A stretch of 62,901 nucleotides of DNA from Fidelibacterota bacterium (GTDB lineage Bacteria > Fidelibacterota > Marinisomatia > Marinisomatales > UBA1611). The position numbers and the translations under genes are program-made. How positions within the stretch are numbered: position 1 is the first letter of the stretch; each line of letters starts with the position of its first letter. Below are positions 19,430 to 31,874 of the stretch, piece after piece. Below the pieces are notes generated by a model that was not told the origin of the DNA, did no database searches, and saw nothing but the letters and a program-made list of their open reading frames with translations. Location: the NCBI GenBank assembly GCA_028101095.1, contig JAOHKG010000003.1:1-62901 (forward strand), given 5' to 3'.

Positions 19430-19918
19430 CTAAATACTTTTTCCAAAAACCTTAACACCAACGTAATGCCATACCGGTGACACTAAACCAATCATTTCAG
19501 AAATAAAAACTCCTTTTTCTGTCCTCTTTAAAAAATTTTTTCTTCCAACCGTATGAACAATTATTTTTTCTAAATCTGGTATTGGATTATATATTTTACT
19601 CATATCTGGAAATGTTGGGAAATTTTTGTACGGCGTTTTATTGAACAAAAAATTAGTGCCCGACTTATTCACATGGTCTATTATACAACAGTTCTTTTCA
19701 CAATCTTTAACCCTGTCTTCAATTTGAATATCTTTAATGTTGAATCTTATTTTAAGCTTGTAAAAAAACTCTGGGTTGACGCAGTTTAGATCCATCTGAA
19801 AAGGAACCAAAAAATTTCTGCTTTCTGATAAAAAAACAGAGTGGTTATATACATCTATTTTATCTTTATATTTGTAAGGTCTTTTTAAACTGTAGACAAA
19901 CATAAAATAAACTTGCAA
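19430..19918 (-). CDS. Short purine-nucleoside-phosphorylase-like protein (truncated or divergent)
   Basis: IIDHVNKSGTNFLF...FPTFPDMSKIYNP resembles the PNP block SDHINxxGxNPL...RFPDMSxAYD. Only 157-162 aa versus about 270 for PNPs. Start is TTG 19918 or ATG 19903. Confidence 0.5.
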   Translation of the reverse strand: MQVYFMFVYSLKRPYKYKDKIDVYNHSVFLSESRNFLVPFQMDLNCVNPEFFYKLKIRFNIKDIQIEDRVKDCEKNCCIIDHVNKSGTNFLFNKTPYKNFPTFPDMSKIYNPIPDLEKIIVHTVGRKNFLKRTEKGVFISEMIGLVSPVWHYVGVKVFGKSI

Positions 19919-19932
19919 TAATTTTTAATAAC

Positions 19933-20968
19933 ATGAAATATATTTTTATCTATTTACTTCTAACTTTTTCACTTCGCGGTCAATGAGCTCTTTGAAGTAA
20001 CCCTTCAATGCCGGTCGGCAATTCAGATAGCGGAGTAGGTTTATGGGCAGGACAAATAATGTTCGCTGTAGACAACATAAATCAGTATGTTGATTGGTGG
20101 CATAGCGCAATACCTGGACCGTCAGAAGGCTTTGATCATGAAGGAACGTTAATTTCAACAATAATTGTTCCTAAGGTAACGATTGGTTTATCAAACTATT
20201 GGAATTTAACACTTAGTCAGAGCCTTGGTAACAGATATATGAATTGGAATGGAGACACAACAACGATCCATCATCGCGACGAAGGAACATCTACGGACTT
20301 TTTTAATGCAATAGGTGGATATTTTGGCGATACACAAATTATTGCTCGCTACCTTTTATTTAATGATGGTGCTGGGGTTGGAAAAAGGTTTTTTATTGGT
20401 AGTGGTCTCAAAATACCTTCTGGGGCCACCCTAACTTCCGATCCTTATTTTTTAAATGGTGAACAAAAAACAGAGCATCGACATTTCAGTTTAAGCGAAG
20501 GTGCTTATAAATGGATTTTAGAATCACAATTCTTTAAAAAAAGAGATTTAAACCCTGTTTTTATAGGCGGAACTGTTTCAAGTGAAATACCGTTGAAAGA
20601 AAACAAATACGGCTTCAAAGCTTCATATGCTCATAGCCTATCTTTAAGCGCACTAACAAAAGAAATAAATAGTATAAGAGCCTCTATAGGAATAACGTGT
20701 GACTTTCGTTACACATCAAAAGCTTATTGGAACGGCGTCGCTGCACCAAACTCTGAAGCTACAATCCTAAACATTGGAGGGGGGGGGGCTTTGGAATCTT
20801 AATTCCGGAGTATTCGGTATAAGCATACAAAAACCATACTTTATTAAAGGTGCTTTTGCAAGCCTAGAAAGCCAACAGGAACAAAAACAAAAGGTTAAAA
20901 CCATACAAGTCTCTATTAGTTATAGAAAAATGTTTGACTATATTGTTCCATGGCTGGATTCTTTTTAA
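19933..20968 (+). pseudogene. Disrupted outer-membrane beta-barrel protein gene (or phase-variable OFF state)
   Basis: Signal-peptide-like MKYIFIYLLLTFSL from ATG 19933. In-frame TGA at 19984 and 19993. Body ORF 20008-20802, frameshift in the G10 tract, then tail ORF to 20968 ending ...VPWLDSF (terminal Phe). Confidence 0.55.
20779..20788 (+). repeat. G10 homopolymer inside the barrel gene
   Basis: Ten consecutive G in an AT-rich genome. G9 would join frame 1 to frame 2 and give a continuous ORF. Confidence 0.9.
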
Positions 20969-20980
20969 AGATATGTCAGT

Positions 20981-21673
20981 CTAGTTGTAAGAACCTCTTT
21001 GACCAAAGAGAAGAGTTCCCAGTCTAATCATAGTTGAACCTTCTTCAATTGCGATTTTATAATCGTTGCTCATCCCCATTGAGAGTTCACACATTTTTTT
21101 ATCTCCAAGAAAACTGTTTAAATTTTCTTTTAAATCTCTTAGAGTTTTAAACGAAGACCTAATTTTTTTTTCATCTGTTGTGAACGGAGCAACTGTCATT
21201 AAACCCGTTATTAAAACACCCGGTTCCTCAAAACAAGATAAAAGTTCCTCTTTTTCTTCTGGTAAAAACCCGTATTTTTGTTTTTCATTGCTTGTGTTAA
21301 CTTCAAGAAGAACTGAAATTTTCTTATCTGTTCTTTGTCCAAAATTTGACACTTTTTTTATAAGACTTGTGCTGTCAATAGAATCTATAGTATCAAAAAG
21401 ATTTAGACATCTTTTCAATTTATTTGATTGTAAATGACCAATAAATCTTTTTTTCAACCTTGGCATTGAATCAAAGGAACCAAATTTATCTGAAGCCTCT
21501 TGAACCCTGTTTTCACCTATGGATAAGAAACCTGCCTGGTAAGAATCTTCTATCGTTTTAAAGGGGTGTGTCTTTGTTACTGCAATTATCTCAACTTTAC
21601 TGTTGCGTTCAACTTTATTTTGAGAATTTAAAATATTTTCTTTTACAAGTTTTAACTTATCCTTTAACCCCAT
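20981..21673 (-). CDS. yggS: YggS family pyridoxal-phosphate homeostasis protein
   Basis: AVTKTHP (PLP lysine) and GENRVQEA motifs, 230 aa. Start overlaps the gyrA stop (TAATG). Confidence 0.85.
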   Translation of the reverse strand: MGLKDKLKLVKENILNSQNKVERNSKVEIIAVTKTHPFKTIEDSYQAGFLSIGENRVQEASDKFGSFDSMPRLKKRFIGHLQSNKLKRCLNLFDTIDSIDSTSLIKKVSNFGQRTDKKISVLLEVNTSNEKQKYGFLPEEKEELLSCFEEPGVLITGLMTVAPFTTDEKKIRSSFKTLRDLKENLNSFLGDKKMCELSMGMSNDYKIAIEEGSTMIRLGTLLFGQRGSYN

Positions 21674-24174
21674 TACACATCTTCGCTATCATCTTTTCCT
21701 TCAAAAACATCAATAGTTTTATTTTCTGGTTCTGGTGTTTCAACATCATCGCCAATAACACGAGTAATAGCAGAAATACTAGTACCACCATCCAACTTAA
21801 CAAGCTTAACCCCTTGAGTTGCCCGACCTATTGTTCTTATTGCTGCTACAGACTGCCTCATTAAAACACCTTGATTTGTTATTATGATAAGGTCATCCGA
21901 ATCAACAACTTCCATAATATTCACCATGTTACCCGTTTTAGGTGTGCACCTCATGGTCATAACGCCTTTTCCGCCTCTAGTTTGAGTTCTGTATTGAATA
22001 ATATCTGTACGTTTACCCATTCCTTTTTCCGTTGCAACTAGTATAGTACCTTCTCTTTTAACAATAAGCATACCAACCAACCTGTCTTTTGCAGAACCTA
22101 ACTTTATGCCTTTTACACCCATCGTTTTTCTACCACTAGGGCGAATATCTTTTTCTGAGAATCGAATTGATTTTCCTTCATAGGTACCAAGTAAAATGTC
22201 ATGTTCACCATTAGAGACCCTAGCTTCAATTAACTTATCACCATCTCTGATTTCAATAGCATATATCCCACCTTTTCTAGGTTTTCCATATGCAGATAAA
22301 ACTGTTTTTTTAACAATACCTTTTTCAGTTGCCATAACAATATAGTGCTGATCATCAAAGTCTTTAACACTAACGAAAGCTTCCACTCTTTCATTTGGCT
22401 CACACCCAATTAAGTTAACAATTGCACGACCCCTTGCCGCTCTTCCACCTTGAGGAATGTCATAAACCTTAAGCCAGTAACATTTTCCCTTGTCCGTAAA
22501 AAACAACATGTAGTTGTGTGTGTTTGCAATAAAGAGATGTTCTACAAAATCTTCGTCTTTACTCATCGCACCTTGAACGCCCCTTCCACCTCTTCTTTGG
22601 GTTCTATAAGTGTTTGCTGCTGTTCTTTTGATGTATCCCTGGTGAGTGATTGTTAAAACAACCTCTTCTTCCGCTATCATATCTTCCATAGAAAAGTCTG
22701 TATCAACCGGAATGATTTCTGTTCTTCTTGAGTCAGCATAAAGCTCACCAATCTCTTTCAGTTCAGATTTTATTATACCCATTCTTTGTTCTTTACTATC
22801 TAGAATTCCTTTTAAATGTGCAATAACTTTTATTATCTCTTTATATTCTGTTACAACTTTTTCAACTTCTAGGTTTGTTAGTTTTTGCAACCTCATGTCT
22901 AGTATTGCTTGAGACTGAACCTCTGAAAGATTAAAGTTGTTCATTAATCCTTCTTTTGCCTGAACAGGGTTTTTACTTCCTCTAATTATTTTAATGACTT
23001 CATCAATGTTATCAAGAGCAATTTTCAGCCCCTCTAATAAATGAGCCCTCGATTCTGCTTCTCTTAGCTCAAACTGCGTTCTTTTAACAACAATTTCATG
23101 ACGAAAATCAATAAAGTGATTTAAGATTTCTTTAATTGGCATTATTTTTGGAATACCTTTAACGAGAGCTAATAGTATTATGCCAAATGTGTCTTGAAGT
23201 TGGGTGTGTTTATATAATTGATTAAGAATGACTTCTGGTACGGCATCTCTTTTTGTTTCAATAACAACTCTTATTCCATCTTTATCTGATTCATCCCTAA
23301 GGTCCGTAATACCAACAATCTTCTTATCTCTAACTAAGTCTGCAATTTTTTCAACTAAGTTTGCTTTATTTGTTTGATAGGTGACTTCTGTAATAACAAT
23401 ACTATCTTTTCCATTAGCAGCGCTTTCAATGTGTGCTCTCGCACGCATTTTTATTTTTCCCCTTCCTGTTTCGTATGCTTGTTTTAGACCATCCATTCCC
23501 ATTATAAGGCCAGCAGTAGGAAAATCCGGTCCTTTTATATGTTGCATTAACCCTTCTGTTGTTATCTTTTTATTTTCTATTAATGCAATTAAGCCAGCAA
23601 TAATCTCTTTTAAATTGTGTGGAGGGATTTTTGTGGCCATTCCGACAGCAATTCCCTCAGAACCATTAACTAGTAATGTTGGGACAAGAGAAGGAAGAAC
23701 GGTTGGTTCTTTAAGTGTTTCATCAAAATTAAGACCCCAATCCACTGTGTCTTTTTCTAAGTCTTTTAACATTTCGCTAGAAAGTTTTGTCATTCGTGAT
23801 TCAGTATAACGCATTGCCGCAGCATTGTCTCCATCGATTGAACCAAAATTTCCCTGACCATCAACCAATTGATAGCGCATCGAAAACCCTTGAGCCATTC
23901 TAACAAGGGCATCGTAAACAGAACTATCTCCATGGGGGTGATATTTGCCTAAAACATCACCAACAATCCTTGCGGATTTTTTATATGGCCTGTTCCAACT
24001 TGAACCAAGTTCACTCATTCCAAATAAAATTCTTCTATGGACAGGTTTTAAACCATCTCTAACATCTGGTAGGGCTCTAGAAACAATAACAGACATTGAG
24101 TAGTTTAGGTAACTTTCTTTCATTTCTTCCACGATATCTCGTGGAAGGGTATTATCTCTATTAAAATCGACCAT
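21673..24174 (-). CDS. gyrA: DNA gyrase subunit A
   Basis: DGLKPVHRR, active-site AAMRYTE, QRDR-like [14 protein letters not shown]-terminal beta-pinwheel repeats. Confidence 0.95.
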   Translation of the reverse strand: MVDFNRDNTLPRDIVEEMKESYLNYSMSVIVSRALPDVRDGLKPVHRRILFGMSELGSSWNRPYKKSARIVGDVLGKYHPHGDSSVYDALVRMAQGFSMRYQLVDGQGNFGSIDGDNAAAMRYTESRMTKLSSEMLKDLEKDTVDWGLNFDETLKEPTVLPSLVPTLLVNGSEGIAVGMATKIPPHNLKEIIAGLIALIENKKITTEGLMQHIKGPDFPTAGLIMGMDGLKQAYETGRGKIKMRARAHIESAANGKDSIVITEVTYQTNKANLVEKIADLVRDKKIVGITDLRDESDKDGIRVVIETKRDAVPEVILNQLYKHTQLQDTFGIILLALVKGIPKIMPIKEILNHFIDFRHEIVVKRTQFELREAESRAHLLEGLKIALDNIDEVIKIIRGSKNPVQAKEGLMNNFNLSEVQSQAILDMRLQKLTNLEVEKVVTEYKEIIKVIAHLKGILDSKEQRMGIIKSELKEIGELYADSRRTEIIPVDTDFSMEDMIAEEEVVLTITHQGYIKRTAANTYRTQRRGGRGVQGAMSKDEDFVEHLFIANTHNYMLFFTDKGKCYWLKVYDIPQGGRAARGRAIVNLIGCEPNERVEAFVSVKDFDDQHYIVMATEKGIVKKTVLSAYGKPRKGGIYAIEIRDGDKLIEARVSNGEHDILLGTYEGKSIRFSEKDIRPSGRKTMGVKGIKLGSAKDRLVGMLIVKREGTILVATEKGMGKRTDIIQYRTQTRGGKGVMTMRCTPKTGNMVNIMEVVDSDDLIIITNQGVLMRQSVAAIRTIGRATQGVKLVKLDGGTSISAITRVIGDDVETPEPENKTIDVFEGKDDSEDV

Positions 24175-24189
24175 GTTTTTCCTTAAATA

Positions 24190-26431
<2,242 letters not shown>

Positions 26432-26432
<1 letters not shown>

Positions 26433-27529
26433 TAACGTTGCAACCTTATTGTTTTTGAATTACTGTATTTTTTTAACAAACCACTATTCTCTACGTTTAA
26501 AATATCTGTTGTTGTAATAATCGTTTGTGTTCTTTTTGATTCTTCATCTCTAAACAAACTTAACATTGCGACAATTTTTTTACTTCTTTCGAGGTCTAGT
26601 TTTGCAAAAAGATCATCTAACAAAAGAGTAGGATACACTCCTGTGTTCTTTTTTAAAAAAAGCATTTCTGTTACTTTTAATAAGAAAAGTGTCAGCTTGT
26701 GTTCACCTTGCGAACCATACTCCCTAAGGGTTTTCCCATTCCAAAAGAAAGTTATGTCATCTTTGTGGGGACCATACGAAGTCCTTCCTCTTGCTATGTC
26801 TTTATTTTCTCTTTTTTTAAGGTTTTCTAGAATTTCTTCTTTGTTTTTTAGCTCTGTTGTCGACGAGGTTTTAATATCTAGTGTTCTATCATATTGATCA
26901 ACAGTTGAAAGAAATAAGTTGTTAAACATTAAAAGGTGCTCAAACCTCTCTCCCCAAAGTTTCTCTGCTTTTTCTGATAATAGGTTGTCCCATGGTGATA
27001 ACTGGTTTTTTTTAGTTTTATCATCACGTATGTTTTGTAATGCTGCGTTTCTTTGTTTAAGTGCCCTATTGTATTCTTGTAATGAGTTAATATATTTTTT
27101 ATTTGAAACAGAAAACATTTTATCAATGAACTGTCTTCTTTGTAATGGTGCGCCTTTTGTAATTGGTTGTTCTTCTGGGGATAAAACAACGACATTATTT
27201 TGTCCTATTAACTCTTTCCTGTTAAGTATCAGTTTCCCATTTACTTTAATTTTACTGCTTGTTTTTTCAACTTGTGCAGATATGATGTTTTTTACTTTCT
27301 TTTTTGAAAAGACAGCTTTTAATAATGAGGTTTTTTTATCTTCCTTTATTAACTGAGCTTGTTTGTGTGTTTTAAAGCTTTTCCCGTAGGTAAGTAGGTG
27401 TATCGCCTCCAAAACAGATGTTTTACCAGAACCATTTTCACCCCAAATCACCGTGATGCCTTTACTAAATTCGAAGTGATTACTGTTGTGGTTTCTAAAC
27501 GAAGAAAGAGATAGAGAATCAATAGACAA
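26432..27529 (-). CDS. recF: DNA replication and repair protein RecF
   Basis: Walker A GENGSGKTSVLEAI, signature SQGEHK, Walker B LLLDD. Confidence 0.9.
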
Positions 27530-27547
27530 CTAGTTTTATCTTTTTCT

Positions 27548-28660
27548 TTAATCATTTAACCTAATTGGCATAAGCAACATTAAGTTTTCAACATCTTTTT
27601 TCTCCGATGTTGAACTAAAGAGAGCTGCACTAACAGGAGTGCTAAAATTAGCAATAATTGTTTTTCCCGGAATATGGTTAACAACATCTTTTAAATATTC
27701 AGCGTTATACCCAATTGTTAAATCTTCTCCTTTAAATTCAGCTTTAACCGACTCAACTGCCTTTGATGATTTTTCCGGGTCCTCTGTTGTTATTAGACAA
27801 GAATTTGAAGATAAAGACATTGCAACTTGGTGTGTTGATTTATTAGAAAAGATTGACACTCTTCTGATTGCCCCTAAAAGAACCTCTTTTTCGGATTTAA
27901 GCTCTTTGTTGTTTTCTTTAGGAATTACACTTTCGTAATCTGGAAATTTTTCTCCAATAATTCGTGTAGAAATGACATCTTTTTTGATTTTTGCCGATAA
28001 GTGAGATTCACCAATAGACAATATCACGTCATCTTCACTTAGATATGAAGACATATAACTCAAAAACTTTTTTGGTATTATAATTTCACCTTGGAAGTTT
28101 TTTGAGGTGAAGTTTTTTCTCCTGTGTCTTACAAGCCTATGCCCATCTGTTGATACAGCAATTAAACCTTCTTTAGTAAATTTAAAGAGAACGCCGGTTA
28201 GGGCTGGTTTTAACTCATCCTTGCTTACAGCAAAAGTAGTTGCGTTTATAATTTCTTTGAGGTCTTTACCCGAGATATTTATATCAGATTGGTTTTCCTG
28301 GACTAATGGCTGGGGAAACTCTTCTGGTGGTTTAGCCATTAAATCGTAATCACCTGTATCTGTGTGTATTTTAGCTCTATTTTTACTATCTACCTCTAGA
28401 GTTATTCTTGTTTCAGGGAGTTCGTTTGTTATTTCCAATAAGGTTTTTAAAGGTAGCGCTGTTGAACCTTTTGTCTCGAGACTAGAGGGAACGTTTATTT
28501 CGATTGTTAATTCTAGGTCCGTCGATCTAAATATTGTTTTACTGTCGTCAGCCTCTATATAAACACAACCTAAAATTGGTAATGTTGTTCTTGTTGGTGT
28601 GGCTTTGGAAAGTTTTTGTAGTGCTTTTTGTAGTTCTGTTTTTGATGTGGAAAACTTCAT
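27548..28660 (-). CDS. dnaN: DNA polymerase III beta sliding clamp
   Basis: 370 aa with three-domain clamp layout and C-terminal MLLMPIRL. Lies upstream of recF. Confidence 0.9.
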   Translation of the reverse strand: MKFSTSKTELQKALQKLSKATPTRTTLPILGCVYIEADDSKTIFRSTDLELTIEINVPSSLETKGSTALPLKTLLEITNELPETRITLEVDSKNRAKIHTDTGDYDLMAKPPEEFPQPLVQENQSDINISGKDLKEIINATTFAVSKDELKPALTGVLFKFTKEGLIAVSTDGHRLVRHRRKNFTSKNFQGEIIIPKKFLSYMSSYLSEDDVILSIGESHLSAKIKKDVISTRIIGEKFPDYESVIPKENNKELKSEKEVLLGAIRRVSIFSNKSTHQVAMSLSSNSCLITTEDPEKSSKAVESVKAEFKGEDLTIGYNAEYLKDVVNHIPGKTIIANFSTPVSAALFSSTSEKKDVENLMLLMPIRLND

Positions 28661-28748
28661 AATTGGTACCCTGAAAAAAGAATAATTGTCAAATTAATTT
28701 AATAAACTAACTTACCAAGGTCTTTGTTTTTATGAAAGAGTTTATAGA

Positions 28749-30623
28749 CTATTTTTGTATTTTATAAACTTGAACCTCACTTCTCTTTCCTTTTACTTTT
28801 ATAGGTTTAAGTTTTTTATAATTAAAAGTTTTTTTAGTCTCGAACCAGACAGAGTCAGATGTTATTATTTCGTCTGGACCAGCAGCGGAGCACAACCGCG
28901 CACCTAAATTAACCGTGTCTCCTATTACGGTATAATCCATTAATTCTTTAGAACCTATATTTCCAGAAACAACTAACCCTTTATTTATTCCAATACCAAC
29001 TTTTATAGGTTTTTCGTTTTCAATAATCTGTTGTTTGTTAAATGTTTTAATTTTATCTTGCATTTCTATTGCGGTTTTAACAGCTCTTTCAGTATCGTCC
29101 TTAGATGATGTTGGTGCGCCAAAAACAATCATTAATTCGTCGCCAATTATTTTATCTAGTGTTCCATTATTTTTAAAAACAATGTCAATCATAAGGGAAA
29201 AATAACTATTTAAGGTTGAGACAACTTTTTCCGGTTCCATTTTTTCCGACATTGATGTAAACCCTCGTATATCTGAAAAAAGGACCGTCACCTCTCTTTT
29301 TTCACCGCCTAAATTTAACTTAGCATCGTCCTCTAATAGTTTCTCTACCACCTGTTTTGAAACATATCTTTTAAATGTTTTCTTGATTTTACTTACGTCT
29401 GTTATATCTTCAATTGCAAGGACAGATCCTTTTATTTTTTTGTCTTTATCTACTCTTGGTGATGTTGAAAAGTTTATCCTTGTTTCTTCAGAAACGCTTA
29501 AAAAAGGTATATTTACTATTTTGTTTTTTTCATTCTTTGTTTCGGTTTTAATAATTAGTTCAATTATTTCTTCATCTTTTTCAAATAAATACATATAATG
29601 GTTTCCAATTATATCCTCTTTTTCTTTTTTTAATATCTTAAGCCCTGCACTATTAATAGAGTCTATTTCTCCAAGAATATTGATAGTGATAACACCTGTT
29701 GCAATACTGCTTAGTATACTTTCATTAAAGTTTTTTTCTTTTGTTATGTCTTTGAATAACGCTGCGTTCTCCATTGCAACAGCGGCCTGATTACTTAACG
29801 CCATTAAAAGATCTAGGTCTAAACTGTTAAATTCTTCAACTCCCTTTCTGGTTTCTTTGTTGCATAAAACCATATAACCTAAGGTTTTGTTTTTTACCTG
29901 TAGTGGTGTAATAATTAGGTTGCTCTCTTTTAGTTTTTTTTGAAGGGTTGTTTTATCTTTTTCTACCAAAAACAAACCTTTTTTATTTCCCTTTATCTCT
30001 TGAAATACTTTTAATTTTTTTGATATTAAGCTCTTTTCTTCATCCCAATTGAACGTTGATATTGGTTCTAAAATAAGATTATCTTTTTTTTGAATTAACA
30101 ACATTCCTTTTGATGCGTTCAATATGCCAACAGACCTCCAAAGCACATCTTCAGATAATTCATCAACGTTTAAAACTGAACTTATTGCAACACTTATATC
30201 AAATAATGTTTCTAATTCTAATAATTTTAGACTTATTTCTCTTTTTTTACTGTCTAATTCTTTGATTAAGTGGTGATTATAGAGGGCTTTAGTTAAATGA
30301 CTTGATATTATACTCATTATTTTAACATCTAGATCAGTGAAAGATTGATTCATAAACTTATTACCAATGCAAAATACGCCAAGTAAATCTTGTTTATGAA
30401 ATAAAGGAATTAATATTTTTATTTTTTGTTTTTTAAGATCTTCCTTTATTTTATTGTTTATTGAAGTGTTTTTTTCATTAATATAAAAAAGGTTTTGTTC
30501 TTTCTTTTTATTTAAATCTTTAAATAAATCAGATGGGTTTATTTCTTTTGAAAATCCTTGAGTTGCTAAAAAGTGCGTATCTTTTTCTTTTTTTACAACA
30601 ATAATAGCGCCTTTAGATGCCAT
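28749..30623 (-). CDS. GAF-GAF-PAS class III adenylate cyclase
   Basis: C-terminal cyclase homology domain VTVLFSDIRGFTSMSE...KIIGDELMIVFGAP...YTVIGDTVNLGARL, with Lys/Asp specificity pair suggesting ATP. The first GAF continues upstream of the listed Met, to about 30770. Confidence 0.8.
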   Translation of the reverse strand: MASKGAIIVVKKEKDTHFLATQGFSKEINPSDLFKDLNKKKEQNLFYINEKNTSINNKIKEDLKKQKIKILIPLFHKQDLLGVFCIGNKFMNQSFTDLDVKIMSIISSHLTKALYNHHLIKELDSKKREISLKLLELETLFDISVAISSVLNVDELSEDVLWRSVGILNASKGMLLIQKKDNLILEPISTFNWDEEKSLISKKLKVFQEIKGNKKGLFLVEKDKTTLQKKLKESNLIITPLQVKNKTLGYMVLCNKETRKGVEEFNSLDLDLLMALSNQAAVAMENAALFKDITKEKNFNESILSSIATGVITINILGEIDSINSAGLKILKKEKEDIIGNHYMYLFEKDEEIIELIIKTETKNEKNKIVNIPFLSVSEETRINFSTSPRVDKDKKIKGSVLAIEDITDVSKIKKTFKRYVSKQVVEKLLEDDAKLNLGGEKREVTVLFSDIRGFTSMSEKMEPEKVVSTLNSYFSLMIDIVFKNNGTLDKIIGDELMIVFGAPTSSKDDTERAVKTAIEMQDKIKTFNKQQIIENEKPIKVGIGINKGLVVSGNIGSKELMDYTVIGDTVNLGARLCSAAGPDEIITSDSVWFETKKTFNYKKLKPIKVKGKRSEVQVYKIQK

Positions 30624-30763
30624 TATTGTTCCAAGGGTTAACCTTAATATACCGGAACCTATTTTATGAATCTTCTCTGCATCAATTAAAACTTCACCTA
30701 GTTCATTTATTGAAGATAAATAATAATCAAGTTGGTCGAGGTTATTTACCTCTGTGTTTTTTG

Positions 30764-31108
30764 TTATAATATTCCTTCTAAAGCTTCATTTTCTGAATAA
30801 AAAACAGATGAATATTTTGTTAAACCCATTATATTAAACGTTTTCTCTACAATGGGGGCTAAATTGTAATAACCTAGTTTACCGTCCACGTCTTGTAGTT
30901 TTTCTATAATTTCTATTAATATCGAAACACCTATACTATTTACAACTTTTGTGTTTTCTAGGTCTAATAAAAAAAACTTACTTTTATCTTCTATTTCTTT
31001 ATAACAAACCTCTGATATTTTTTCTCCACCTACATTATTTAAATAACCAGATGTTTTTATTACAACAATTTCACCTTCCTTCCTAACCTCTAAATTAAAA
31101 TCTGACAT
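30764..31108 (-). CDS. STAS-domain anti-sigma-factor antagonist (RsbV/SpoIIAA-like)
   Basis: 114 aa with LDLENTKVVNSIGVSILI, carrying the conserved phosphorylatable Ser context. Confidence 0.8.
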   Translation of the reverse strand: MSDFNLEVRKEGEIVVIKTSGYLNNVGGEKISEVCYKEIEDKSKFFLLDLENTKVVNSIGVSILIEIIEKLQDVDGKLGYYNLAPIVEKTFNIMGLTKYSSVFYSENEALEGIL

Positions 31109-31119
31109 ATATTCCTTTT

Positions 31120-31536
31120 TTATTTTTTCTTTGTCATCGTTACAGTTGTACCTTCTTCTGTACTTTCAAATTTAACTGTGTCCATTAGCTCTTTTATTAA
31201 TTGTAAACCCCAGCCTCTTTTATAATCTGAACCTAACTTCTCTTCAATTTTAGGTATAGCAACTTTAGACTTGTCAAAACCTATACCTTTATCTGTTACT
31301 TGTATTTCGAGTAAGTCATCTTTTATTTTAAAATGTATTTCAATTTGTTTATCCGATTCACTGTGTTCAAAAGCATTAATACAAGCTTCTATTAGAGCCA
31401 TATTTATTTCTGCCGCTTGATCATCATTTAAACCCATATGTTTAGATACGACTTCAGCTGTCTTAGTAGCTGCTAACTCCATATCTGGTAAAACAGGTAA
31501 AGTTAATTCAACTACAGGAGGTTTTACTTTTACCAT
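31120..31536 (-). CDS. RsbW/SpoIIAB-like anti-sigma-factor serine kinase (HATPase_c)
   Basis: 138 aa with N-box EACINAFEHS, G1 DKGIGFD and G2 GWGLQLIKEL. Confidence 0.75.
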   Translation of the reverse strand: MVKVKPPVVELTLPVLPDMELAATKTAEVVSKHMGLNDDQAAEINMALIEACINAFEHSESDKQIEIHFKIKDDLLEIQVTDKGIGFDKSKVAIPKIEEKLGSDYKRGWGLQLIKELMDTVKFESTEEGTTVTMTKKK

Positions 31537-31874
31537 CTTATTAACCTTTATTTACATATTTAATTCTTCATAAAGTAATATAAAAAAAAAGATATAACAA
31601 TTTTGTTTTTAGATAATTGTTTTATAAAACAATATAACTTATTTAATTACTTTTTTATTATATAGTACGTTCAAATGTTAACATCTTTAAGAACACAAAC
31701 TACAAAACTCTGTTTTTATATGTACTTAAGAATTTTTAAAAAAATATTCAACTGTTTATAAGTTTATAAAAAACTTGATAAACTTATAGTTGTTAAGAAA
31801 AAAAAACATAAATTTCTTTAAATAATAAAAAAAAAAACTTAGAAAATGTATGTTGATAAAAAAGTTGATAACTA

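Noticed and set aside
19984-19995. In-frame TGA codons here and at 58264-58266 might indicate a TGA-sense genetic code (code 4 or 25).
   Set aside because: TGA clearly terminates conserved genes in this window. Examples are the acylase at 1218-1220, the M1 peptidase at 3620-3622 in an ATGA overlap, and mnmG at 37016-18. More than 50 long conserved ORFs contain no internal TGA. Local gene decay is the simpler explanation.
30764-30790. Possible programmed frameshift fusing the STAS protein to the cyclase.
   Set aside because: The A-rich run (CAAAAAACA) lies after the STAS stop codon, and no slippery site precedes it. A near-cognate start for the cyclase explains the open frame more simply.
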